A model generated the notes under the pieces. That model searched no databases. It saw nothing but the letters and a program-made list of their open reading frames with translations, and had not been told where the DNA came from. Shown piece after piece: positions 24,403 through 36,641 of a stretch of 64,000 nucleotides of DNA. Numbering within the stretch: position 1 is the first letter of the stretch; every line of letters starts with the position of its first letter. The translations under genes were made by a program, and so were the position numbers. This DNA comes from the human T2T-CHM13v2.0 reference genome, Homo sapiens: the NCBI RefSeq assembly GCF_009914755.1, contig NC_060930.1; one strand, 5' to 3'.

Positions 24403-27400
24403 CTGGGCTTACCTTTCAAGTCAACTTTGATTCATTGTCTTCCTTGAAACACCACATTCAGTGATTAGTCAAATAATGAACATTATTCTTGCACAACTCT
24501 TTTGAATCTATCAATTACTTTCTACTCATTTAGTACATATTCACTGGGGAGATGCTCTGTGCCAGACACTGTAGTAAGATCAGGTAATTCAGAGGAAGTA
24601 TAGACACCCCAGACCTCAAACGAAGACAAGATAAATATGGACAAGGGAAGATCCACCTCCACATTCACCATTTTCAGTCTTTCTGTCATTTCCAGCTAAA
24701 TAACGTCTTCAAAAATGTTTCAAAATAACTAAGTCACTATTTCAAACTCTTTCAATAATAGCACCCTTCTATACGCTGGACTACTCTTAATTTTCTCATT
24801 ATAACATGATCTTGCTTTTCTTTTAATTTTTGTCTTTGCTTTCTACCTGAATTTTTATTTTGCATTATGAAATTGATAGGTCCATTACTGGATGGCATGG
24901 TTCAATTCTCCAGTATGTCTGTTGATTTGTGTTCCACTAAATCTTCCAATTACTCAGAGAGGAGTGTTAATGACTGCAACTATAACTGGATTTTTCTATT
25001 TTTACTTGGCGTATCCAATTTTGTTTATGAGTTTTGAAGCTCTGTGTCCTCATATACATTTGGGACAATATTCTCCTGAAAAATTGACAATCATAATTAT
25101 TTAGGAGGCCTCATTATTCCTGAAAAGTTTCTCTGCTTTCAAATCTACTTTGTCTGATTTTATATATATACACCACAGCTGTCTTTGATTAATGCTTGCA
25201 TGAGGTATCTTTTCCCACTCTTTTCTTTCAATCTGCTCTATAACTTTTATTCTTATTTATAAGTGTATTGCAGGTGGCTTTCTTTAGTCAGCATATTTAT
25301 TTTTAACACATTCTGATGATCTCTAGTTTTTACTTAATGCATTTAGATAATTTACATATAATGTTATTATAGATAAGTTTTTAGATAGATCTACTATTTA
25401 ATAATTTATTAACCTTTTTTCCCTTTGTTTTAATTCTTCTATGTTCCTCTGTCTATCTTGTTTTGGTTTATTTCAATCTGGTTGTTAAGTGGTCTAGGGA
25501 TTACCATATACATATATAACTTTTCACAGTATACTAAGAATCAATATTTTACCATTCAAGTTGAATATAGAAACTTCATCAAGAGTTAGTCCCATTACAT
25601 TTACCCTTTTATCTTATGTATGTAGTACATCTAGATACAATGACAACTGCATCAGATAAAGTTACAATTTTTGCTTTCAACCATCAAACATACCTTAAGG
25701 AACTCAAGAGAAGAATAATAGTCTGTTATGTCTACCCAGACATTTTCTATTTCTGCTTTTGTTCCTTCATTGATGATGTTCTAAGTTTCCTTCTGGTATC
25801 ACTTTTCTTATCTCAAACCTTTGCTAATTCTTTTCCAGCAGTTTTGCTAGGACTGAGAATGTATTTATTTACCTTCCAATGAGAATGCATTTATTTGCCT
25901 TTATGTCTGGAAGATACTTTTGCTCCACATACCATTCTGGGTTGATAATGTATTTTTCCTTTGGTATTTACTGAATGTTATGACATTTTTTTCTGGCTCC
26001 TGGGTTCCCGATGAGAAATCTACAATCATTCATTTGGTATTTTATCTTTCATTTCCCTTTGGCTGCTTTCAAAATTGTTTTGTGTTTTCTTAATTTTCCG
26101 CAGTTTGATTATGATATGTCTTGCAATGGGTTTCTTTTGGTTTATCCTGCTTGACATTTACTGAACTTTAAAAATCTGGTTTATATCTTTTGAGAAATTT
26201 GATACATTTTCAGCCATTAATTCTTCACAGTTTTATCCCACAAAGACCTCTTTGTCCTCTTACAATAATGTGAATGTTTCCAGATTACAATAATGTGAAT
26301 GTTAGATTTGTTATTTTTTATTTGTCCCTGAGCCTCTGTTCAGGGACAATAAAATCCTCCTTTCTTTCTATAGGTCAGATTCTGTAGGTATTCTTGTTCC
26401 ATTTTCAAGTTCATTGACTTTTTCCTTAGTCTTCTGCATACTGCTATTGAGATCATCCAATTAAGCTTTTTATTTCCCCTAATAGTTTTGGTTAATACTT
26501 TTTTTAATTCTTAAGTTTAAATTGGTGTTTACATATTCCAAATATTTGGTGAGACTTTCCAACTTTCCATTCACTTCATGAATGCTATCCCGTAATTCTA
26601 GGAGCATTGTTATAATAACTGCTTTAATGTATGTGTCAGATGATTTTGACATATGTGTCCTCTCAATATTGTTATGCAAGGATTCTCTTTGCCATGTGAA
26701 TTAAGATCTCCCTGGTTTTTCATAATGCTGAATATTTTGGGGCTTGTAACCTGGACTTCTTTGGATTATGTGATGAGACACTGTGTCTTGTTGAAATCTT
26801 AAGGATAATATTGCTCTTTTTGTTTTTGCAGGCACACAATTGCCTTGTATTTAAGCTCCAAGTACCAACCAGACTTCCATGTGTTGTTGTTTCACAGATA
26901 ACTCTATTTGAAAGCCTTGACACTGCGGATGAGAGATCTCTGGAGTGTGTGCAACCAGTGGTCAGTGAGGACTGGAAAGTGGACCATTGTTTAGTTCAGT
27001 CCTCAGGCTCTTTTTAGGTAAGTTGTTTGGGATTAGACCCACTTATTCACAGCTGGCAGGTGCGTCCACAAGCTCATGAACAACTTTATGGGTTTGCTTT
27101 CTACAGTATCTGTCCAGGCACATTCTAGTTACTTGACACATCCTGGTTTCAGTCCTCTCACCAGAAAGCCAGGGCTGTATTTACCCAGGTGGCTCTGCCC
27201 TGCACTTTTCACAGTTGCCTCACATTCAAGCTACAGGCAGAAACAGGGAGAAAAGAGCAATTGTTTATGTCCCTTGGTTTCACAGCTCCTCAAAGAAGCA
27301 GAAAATTAATTACACGGTAGATCTACACTATACTGAATGCCAGGAGGGAGCCGTCACCAGCCCTGTATTGTTGCTGCTCCTACATCTTGAACCAAAGCAG

Positions 27401-27468
27401 CATCCTGTTCTCTGACTTGGGTTTGGAGACCTGAGTGTTTGGAGACCCAGGGTCTAAATAATAAAGTT

Positions 27469-27541
27469 TGGAGAATGTGGGCATCGATCCCACTACCTCT
27501 TGCATGCTAAGCAAGCGCTCTACCACTTGAGCTAATTCCCC
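27469..27541 (-). tRNA. tRNA-Ala, anticodon AGC (copy 3)
   Basis: 73 nt GGGGAATTAGCTCAAGTGGTAGAGCGCTTGCTTAGCATGCAAGAGGTAGTGGGATCGATGCCCACATTCTCCA. Confidence 0.96.
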
Positions 27542-27995
27542 CACATCAGGGGAGCTTTATTGATCCTTAGTGGGTGGCCTGGAACACAGGGGATTTCAGG
27601 GCCTTCAGCGGGAAAGCAGGGCTCTACTAAGAGCAGATCTTCTCACTGATGGCCCAGGGCAAGGTGCAGTGGCTACTCATTCTCTGCAAAGAAGGAAGAG
27701 GAAAGGGAACAAGGAGAAAGTCAAAAAGGGAAAACTCACACTGCCAAAATGTCAAGTTTAGGGTATTCCGGGACAGAAAAAGGCACATTCCAGGAAAGGA
27801 GGCCCTGCCTAGACCTGCCCATCTAAAGTGTCACTGATTTTTAAAAAATGATTAAATAATTAAAAATGATTAAATGATTTTGTGTGTGTGTGTTGTGTGT
27901 GTGTGTTTATAAAAGTGAGATAGTATTATCACTTGTTCCTTGTAGCTGAGACTCTCTGGGGATTTTGAGATGGTACAGATTTCTGGAAGGCAAAA

Positions 27996-28066
27996 AGCTC
28001 CTGTTGTTTTCATAACTAGGCCCTTTCAGGAATGAAGCCAGCGTGCTGACCACTACCTTAGGAAAC
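27996..28066 (-). pseudogene. Highly decayed tRNA-Val relic
   Basis: Paralog of 5115-5185 (gccagcgtgctgaccactaccttaggaaac). Confidence 0.6.
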
Positions 28067-28358
28067 CCCTGGGGAGTGCTTCTTTCACTTGCATCTGAGA
28101 TATAGGTTGCCTCCTTGCTAAGGTGTGTCATGTACAAGTTACATGTCCAACTATATCTCAGAACAACAACAACAAAATTACAGAGCAGAGCCATAAAGAA
28201 TAAGAGACAAGATCATATCAGAGTGTAAGAATATGTAAAATATTAGAGTGTAAGAATCAAAATTCAGCTATGCAGAGAAGGAGTGGACATATGGTGGAGA
28301 AAACCGGGCTGTTCGTAGGAATTCCTGTGTGAAGAAATAAACCTGTTCAATTTAAGTG

Positions 28359-28404
<46 letters not shown>

Positions 28405-31400
28405 TACACACGGAGGGAAGCAGTGATTGAAAAGCCTGGCCACTTGGAGATATGTTGGTAGAGTTTTATGAAAACTCCCAAGAGTAATTGAAAAAATCCC
28501 AGGCAGAATGCTTAAATAATTAAAGCAACATGTTAGAGAAAGGTGTTTAGTTTTGAATGTCAGAGCTTGAACATGAGAAAATAGAAATTGAAGAGAAAGA
28601 GAAAGAAGTCATAAAGATATTAAAGGATTGAGATTTACCCGCATTTATCGTGTCAGCTCCCGAGGTGGACAACAGGAGTCTTTCTGCAGCGTCAGTGCCC
28701 ATCACACTTCCTGCTGCAGAATACATCCTCCATAAACACCATAGCATGGATGATGACAGAGGTGAATGAAAAGAAAGAAAAACATTCTGGTGATGCTGTG
28801 CAGGAAGGATCTACAGTATTTGTCAAGACATTGGGTGGAGAGATTTGAGGGAGAGGAGACAAAGACACTGGGAAGTCTTGAGCCTAGTGTGGTAGACACA
28901 AAAGAGATTCTGAATTAATAGCTGATGAATGAATCCACTCATTTATTTGTATTTGTTATGTGAATGAATGTTACATGAATGACCTGGCATGGAGAAAACA
29001 GATGGTGAGACTATGTGCTAGGGTAAAGCAAGAGCTCAAGTTTTTTTTTTTTTTTTAATTTAGAAAAAAATCTGCTTTTCATATCTGGTTTTCCTATTTA
29101 AAGCTATGTGATTTGAGGAAAATGGTTTAACTCCTCTGAGCTTTAGTGTCATCTACAAAATTTGGATAATGATACTGAGGGAAGCTGAAAAGCCGTATCA
29201 ACCAACTTATACAAAAAATAATAAACATTCACTTCCATTTCTAATGCATGGTGCTGAAAAAGTCCTTGTATGTGGAATATTGTTCACCTTTAAGGAACCT
29301 GCTCTCAAGAGCTGATGAGGGACTTTTTTTAGTGCAGTTCTGTTGTCACTGGCTGTTGGGCTCATTTAGTTGGCACCAACAAATCTCTGTGAACATAAAA
29401 ATAAAATAAAATAAAGATTGTGGAGGAATAGAATACAAACACACAGTAAGGTGAGATTTGCACAACAGAGTAAAGGATGTGTGCCTGATTCTTTTTGCAT
29501 TCTCTTTGAATCATTTTTAGCCTTTATTCTAAGTCCCCAATTATTGTCATCCTTCTCCCAACAAGATCGTTTCTCTCCACCGCAGATATTCTGGCCAGGC
29601 TCTCTGGTTAACCATCTTGATGTCCTGAGCACTCTGTTTGTACTGAGACTCTGATTTATGTTCAAATGATGCTCTTCCATAGCAAGGCTTCCTGCTTTGC
29701 CCAAAGAGCATTCAATTTTTCAAGCAATTTAGGGCTCCTTCCTCACCCAGTATCTATGTGAAACCTTAAAGGGAAGCCTATTCTTTCCAGGAAGATAATC
29801 CTGTTGTGGTTTTAACCTCAATCTGTAAATTCGCTGGGGTAACTGGGAAAGAAGTCATAAAGATATTAAAGGATTGAGGTTTATCCACATTTACTGTGTC
29901 AGCTCCTGAGGTGAACAGCATGAGTCTTGCTGCAGCTTCAGCCCCCATCACACTTCATAGGTGAAGAAAACATCCTCCATAAACACTGTAGCATGGATAA
30001 CAGAAGGAAAAGATTCTGGAGAGGTTATGCAGGAAGAATCTACAGTATTTGTCAAGACATTGGGTGGAGAGATTTGAGGGAGAGGAGACAAAGGCACTGG
30101 CAAGTCTTGAGCACAGTGTAGCAGACACAGAAGCGATTTTGAATTAGTATCTGATGAAAGCAAGAATAAATCCACTCATTTATCTGTATTTGGTAAATGA
30201 ATGAATGTTACATGAGTGAGCTGGTGTGAAGAAAACAGATGATGAGACTATGTGCTAAGTGAAAGCAAGAGCTCATGATTTTTTCATTTAGAAAGAAATC
30301 TGCTTCCCATATCTGGTTTCCCTCTTTAAAGTTATGTGATCTGAGGAAAATGGTTTAACTGCTCTGAGCTTCAGTGTCATCTATAGTACTGTGGTAATAA
30401 TACTTGGGGAAGCTGAGAAACTATATCGACCAACTTACATAAAAATTAATAAACAGTCAGCATAGTTTCTAGCACATAGTGCTGAAAAAGTCCTTGAACG
30501 TGGAGTATTGTTCACCTTTAAGGAAAATGTTCTGAAGGTCTAAGGAGAGAGATCAGTGCAGCTTTGTTGCCATTGGCTGATTTGCTCATTTATTTTGTAG
30601 CAACAAGCTTCTGTGATGACAAAAATGAAATAAAGTTTAAAAAGTAAAATAGATGGTGGAGAAACACAATAGGGATGTATAGTAAGGTACGATTTTCTAG
30701 GCAAAATGGATTTGTACAAAAGAATGTAGTAGTAAAGGATTTGTGCCTGATTCTTGTTGTATTATTTTTGAATCTCATTTAGCCTGTATTCTAATTTCCC
30801 AGTTGTTGTAATCCTACACCCAACAAGATTATTTCTTCGCACCATGAACATTCTGGTCAGATTCTCTGCTTAACCATCTTGACTTCCTGAGCACTCATGT
30901 TTTTACTGAGACCCTGATATATGCCCAAATGATGCCCTTCCATAGGAGGGCTTCCTGCTTTGCCCATAGAGCATTCAATTTTTCAAGCAATTTAGGGCTC
31001 TTTCCTCAACCAGGGTCTGTATGAAACCTTAAAGAGAAGCCTGTTCTTTCCAGGAAGAGAATTCCAGTGGGTTCTAACCTCAACCTATAAATCCACTAAG
31101 CAAGCTCCTACTGAACACCTATGATGCAAGCTCAATCCAAGAGGCCAGCACTCCACAGGGGGAAGGCAACCGAAGCAGTAGCTAATGCTTACTGAGCAGT
31201 TCTTATTGATCAGGTCCATCTCTAGGTGCTGTGATCCACCCAAAAATATCCCACAATCCTTATTTCCCATGTAAAGAAAGAAGATTGAAAGAAAGGGAAG
31301 CTAAATGATAGCTTCAAAGTGACAACTTCCCTGATTCTTCTACTGAAAACTGAATGTGTCACCTCCACACTGCCGAGTCCTTTACTGCCTAATGAGTCCC

Positions 31401-31789
31401 TCCCAGTAGATATTATCACATGACTTCTTGTTTATTTTTCTTCTTTGCTTCCTGTCTGTTTCTCCCCACTCCTTGCAACTATGACGTAGTATCACAAAGG
31501 TGAGAATATCTGTGTTTTATTCACTGTGAATTACTGTACCCAAAACAGTCTCTTAACAAGGTATGCGCTTGAGAAATATTTGTTGGATGATTAAAAGAAT
31601 AAAAGAGTTCACCCACCCCACCTGATAATTATGTTTGGATGACCTTCAGAGCAGACAATTGGAAGAGAAATTTCCCCTGCTTCCCTTGTCAGCTAGAGAG
31701 GTAGACATATGACATAGCTTGTAGTTTCTTGTGTAATTTATATCTCTTCACCACGCCTTGTATTCAAACCACTAAGAAGCCAAAAGAAG

Positions 31790-31830
31790 GAAAAAGAGAA
31801 AAAGAAAGAAAGAAAGAAAGAAAGAAGAAA

Positions 31831-31884
<54 letters not shown>

Positions 31885-31888
31885 AAAG
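31790..31888. repeat. (GAAA)n microsatellite
   Basis: Direct. The paralogous site at ~8338-8351 has only short A runs. Confidence 0.95.
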
Positions 31889-32009
31889 CTCATTTTTAAA
31901 TTTTAAGCTAACATTTGGACTGTCTTGAAATCATTATCTCATAGCATTTGTGTTACATTATTTATCACACCTATTTCATTTCCCTTAACGGAAAGAGCAG
32001 CAAAAGCTG

Positions 32010-32082
32010 TACCTTGTCTGATGTTCAAACTCAGGACCTTCAGAATACGAGATTGACAGGTGGCCTGCTGCTCTAAGAGAGC
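32010..32082 (-). pseudogene. tRNA-Met-derived pseudogene, anticodon mutated CAT to CGT
   Basis: 73 nt colinear with 8468-8540 (aactcaggaccttcaga, ctaagag) in paralogous flanks. Acceptor and anticodon stems mispaired. Confidence 0.88.
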
Positions 32083-32934
32083 AACTGTTCCTAAGAGCTG
32101 AGATCCAGATTATTAAATCTCATTTCCCACACACTGCTGCTTTTTCAATTCCTAGCTTTTAAAGAACACAATCAATGCTACTTGGAAATCACTGCTTATC
32201 AGCCAGTGCTGCACTGGAAGAATTCCCCACTCAGGACAGGTGGAGTCCACCCGTTTCCAGTATTCACATAATGATAGGACCTTCTGGCTTGAGGGACCAG
32301 AAACAATTGTACCTGTCTTGCTGCTTTTTTTCCTCTTGTGGCCCAGTCATCTAGCTTTTCCCTTCTTCAGAGATCTTAGTCACTCTTCTTTTCCGTAGTC
32401 TCCTTTGTTGATAAGAAACAGAGGTAGTGCTCAATTCATGATAGTTCATTGAGTGACCAACTGAATGAATGAAGGAAGAAATAGCCTTCCAAGGTGTCTC
32501 CTGTTCATACTACTCTTACTGTGTATCTACACTTGCATCTCTATGACTGGAGACATTCACTCAACAAAAAACCCAAACTGAACTTATAATCATATCCTCC
32601 CTGTTTTTTCCCCAGTTTTTGTGCCATGAATTATACTAGGAGACTTAGGGAGTTTACTTGATGTAGTCTGACTGAATTTTGCCAAAAAAACTATGTCTTA
32701 GCCTGCACTTTATGCACTTTTTAGAAGTAATAGAAGCTCAGGTAAGTTAAGTGTTCTTTCTAAGGTGTCAAAGCTGCTAAGTGGGAAAGCCCAAATTGAG
32801 AAGCAGATACTTTTAGATTTTAAGTGTGATTTTTTTCCTCTGTACCAGCTCAGTTATTCTGCCTGTTCTTTTGCACTTTAGCCCATTCATTCATACACCA
32901 AATATCTAATTCCAAACCTCCTCTTTACTTACTT

Positions 32935-33540
32935 GCTCTGTCACCCACGCTGTACTGCACTGGTGAGATCTTGGCTCACGGCAACCTCTGTCTCCCAGGT
33001 TCAAGTAATTCTCCTGTCTCAGCCTCCTGAGTAGCTGGGACTACAGGTGCTTGCAACCACGCCCAGCTAATTTTTGTATTTTTAGTAGAGATGGGGTTTC
33101 ACCATGTTGGCCAGGCTGGTCTCAAACTCCTGACCTCAGGTGATCCGCCCACCTCAGCCTCCCAAAGTGCTGTGATTACATGTGTGAGCTACCCCTCCCA
33201 GCCTGGGTTTAACTATTTTATTTTATTTTATTTTATTTTATTTTATTTTATTTTATTTTATTTTATTTTATTTTATGACAGGGTCTCACTTTGTTGTCCA
33301 GGCACCGGTGCAATCTCTGTTCACTGCAACCTCCGCCTCCCAGATTCAAGCGATCCTCCCACCTCAGCCTCCTGAGTAGCTGGAACTACAGATGCATACC
33401 ACCACACCTGGCTAATTTTTGTATTTTTTGTAGAGACAGGGTTTCACTGTGTTGTCCAGGCTGGTCTCAAACTCCTGGTGTCACGGGATCTGCCCATCTC
33501 GGCCTCTCAAAGTGCTGGGATTACAGAAAAGAGTCTGGAC
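32935..33540 (-). mobile_element. AluS (tail deleted) + AluJ pair (duplicated with the module)
   Basis: Same pair as 841-1515. Left TSD and poly(A) are lost. Confidence 0.88.
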
Positions 33541-36500
33541 TTGGGCTTACCTTTCAAGTCAACTTTGACTTATTGTCTTCCTTCAAACACTACATTCAAG
33601 GATTTGTCAAATAATGAACATTATTCTTGCCCAGTTCTTTTGAATCTATAAATTACTTTCTACTCATTTAATACATATTCACTGGGGAGATGCTCTGTGC
33701 CAGACACTGTAGGTAATTCAGAGGAAGTATAGACACCCTAGACCTCAAAAAAAGACAAAATAAATATGGACAAGGGGAGATCCACCTCCAGATTCACCAT
33801 TTTCAGTCTTTCTGTCATTTCCAGCTAAATAACTCTTTCAAAAAATGTCTCAAAATAACTAAATAACTCTTCCAATAATAGCACTCTTCTATATGCTGGA
33901 CTACTCTTAATTTCCTGGTTATAACATGATCTTTTCTTTTAACTTTTGTCTTTGCCTTCTACCTAAATTTTTATTTTGCATTATGAAGTTAATAGGTCCA
34001 TTACTGGATGGTATGGTTTAATTCTCCAATATGTTTGCTGATTTGTTTTCTACTAAGTCTACCAATTACCGAGAGAGGAGTGTTAGTGTCGGCAACTCTA
34101 ATTGGATTTTTCTGTTTTTACCTTGCGTATCCAATTTTGTTTATGAGCTTTGAAGCTCTATGTTCTCATATACACTTGGGACAATATTCCCCTGGAAAAT
34201 TGACAATCATAATTATTTAGCAGCCCTCATTATTCCTGAAAAGTTTCTCTGCTTTCAAATCTACTTTGTCTGATTTTTTTATATATACACCACAGCTGTC
34301 TTTGATTAGTGCTTGCATGAGGTATCTTTTCCCACTCTTTTCTTTCAATCTGCTCTATAACTTTTATTCTTATATATGTGTATAGCAGGTGGCTTTCTTT
34401 AGTCAGCATATTTATTTTTAACACATTCTGATGATCTCTAGTTTTTAATTAATGCGTTTAGATTATTTACATGTAATGTCATTATAGATAAGTTTTTAGA
34501 TAGGTCTATTATTTAATAATGTATTAACCTTGTTTCCCTTTGTTTTAATTCATCTATGTTCCTCTTTCTATCTTGTTTTGGTTTATTTAAATCTTGTTAG
34601 TAGGTGGTCTAGGGTTTACCATATACATATATAACCTTTCACAGTATACTTAGAATCAATATTTTACCATTCAAGTTGAATAAAGAAACTTCATCAAGAG
34701 TTAGTCCCATTACACTTACCCTTTTATCTTCTGTATGTAGTACATCTAGATACAATGACAACTGCTTCTGATAAAGTTACAATTTTTGCTTTCAATCATC
34801 AAACATACCTTAAGGAACTCAAGGGAAGAATAATAGTCTGTTATGTCTACCCAGACATGTTCTATTTCTGCTTTTGTTCCTTCACTGATGATGTTCTAAG
34901 TTTCCTTCTGGTATCATTTTTCTTATCTCAAATCTTTGCTAATTCTTTTCCAGCAGTCTTCCTAAGAATGAGAATGTATTTACTTACCTTCCACTGAGAA
35001 TGCATTTATTTGCCTTTATGTCTGGAAGATACTTTTGCTCCACATAGCATTCTGGGTCGATATGTCTTTTTCTTTTGTTACTTACCGAATGTTATGACAT
35101 TTTTTCTGGCCCCTATGGTTCCTGATGCGAAATCTACAATCATTCATTTGGTAGTTTCTCTTTCATTTCCCTTTGGCTGCTTTCAAAATTGTTTTGTATT
35201 TTCTTAGTTTTCAGCAGTTTGATTATGATATGCCTTGCTATGGGTTTCTTTGGGTTTATCCTGATTGACATTTACTGAACTTTAAAAATCTGGTTTATAT
35301 CTTTTGACAAATTTGAACCATTTTCAGCTATTAATTGTTCAAAGTTTTATCCCACAAAGACCACTTTGTCCTCTTCTTTCCAGATTACAATAATGTGAAT
35401 GTTGGATTTGTTATTTTTTATTTGTGCCTGAGCCTCTGTTCAGAGACAATAAAATCCTCCTTTCTCTCTATAGTTCAGATTATGTAGGTATTCGTGTTCT
35501 GTTTTCAAGTTCATTGACTTTTTCCTTAGTCTTCTGCATTCGATTATGGAGATCCTCCAATTAAGCTTTTTATTTCCCCTAAGAGTTTTGGTTAATACAT
35601 TTTTTTAATTCTTAAGTTTAAATTGGTGTTTATGTATTCGAAATATTTGGTGAGACTTTCCAACTTTCCATTCACTTCACGAATGTTATCCCCGATTCTA
35701 GGAGCATTGTTATAATATCTGCTTTAATGTATGTGTCAGATGATTTTGACATCTGTGTCCTCTCAATATTGTTATTCGAGGATTCTCTTTGCCATGTGAA
35801 TTAAGATCTCCCTGTTTTTTCATAATGCTGAATATTGTGGGGCTTGTAACCTGGACTTCTTTGGATTATGTGATGAGACACTGTGTCTTGTTGAAATCTT
35901 AAGGATAATATTGCTATTTTTGTTTTTGCAGGCACACAATTGCCTTGTATTCAAGCTCCAAGTACCAACCAGACTTTCATGTGTTGTCGTTTCAAAGATA
36001 ACTCTATTTGAAAGCCTTGACACTGCTGTTCAGAGATCTCCAAAGTGTGTGCAACCCAGTGGTCAGTGAGGACTGGAAAGTGGGCCATTGCACAGTTCAG
36101 CTCTCAGGCTCTTTTTAGGTAAGTTGTTCGGGATTAGAGCCACTTATTCACAGCTGGCAGGTGCGTCCACAAGCTCATGAACAACTTTATGGTTTTGCTT
36201 TCTACAGTATCTGTCCAGGCACATTCTAGTTACTTGACACATCTTGGTTTCAGTCCTCTCACCAGAAAGCTGGGGCTGTATTTAACCAGGTGGCTCTGTC
36301 CTCCACTTTTCACAATTGTCTCACATTTAGGACCAAGCTGCAGGCAGAAACAGGGAGAAAAGAGCAGTTTTATATGTCCTTTGGTTTCACAGCTCCTCGA
36401 AGAAACAGAAAATTAATTACACAGTAGATCTACACTATACTGAATGCCAGCAGGAAGCTGTCACCAGTCCTGTATTGTTGCTGCTCCTATGTCTTGAACC

Positions 36501-36568
36501 AAAGACACCGAGAGCAGTGTCTTGCTCTCAGACACTGACTCGGGTTTGGGTACCTAAATAATAAAGCT

Positions 36569-36641
36569 TGGAGAATGTGGGCATTGATCCCACTACCTCT
36601 TGCATGCTAAGCAAGCGCTCTACCACTTGAGCTAATTCCCC
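36569..36641 (-). tRNA. tRNA-Ala, anticodon AGC (copy 4; T-loop ATCAATG)
   Basis: 73 nt, identical to copy 3 except a G-to-A change at T-loop position 57. Confidence 0.92.

Larger units (their letters stand above)
29845..32082. repeat. Diverged partial module copy (unit 6: B - D - Met relic, lacking insert C)
   Basis: Aligns with 5709-6946 and then directly with 7450-8540, at lower identity than units 1, 5 and 7. Confidence 0.85.
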
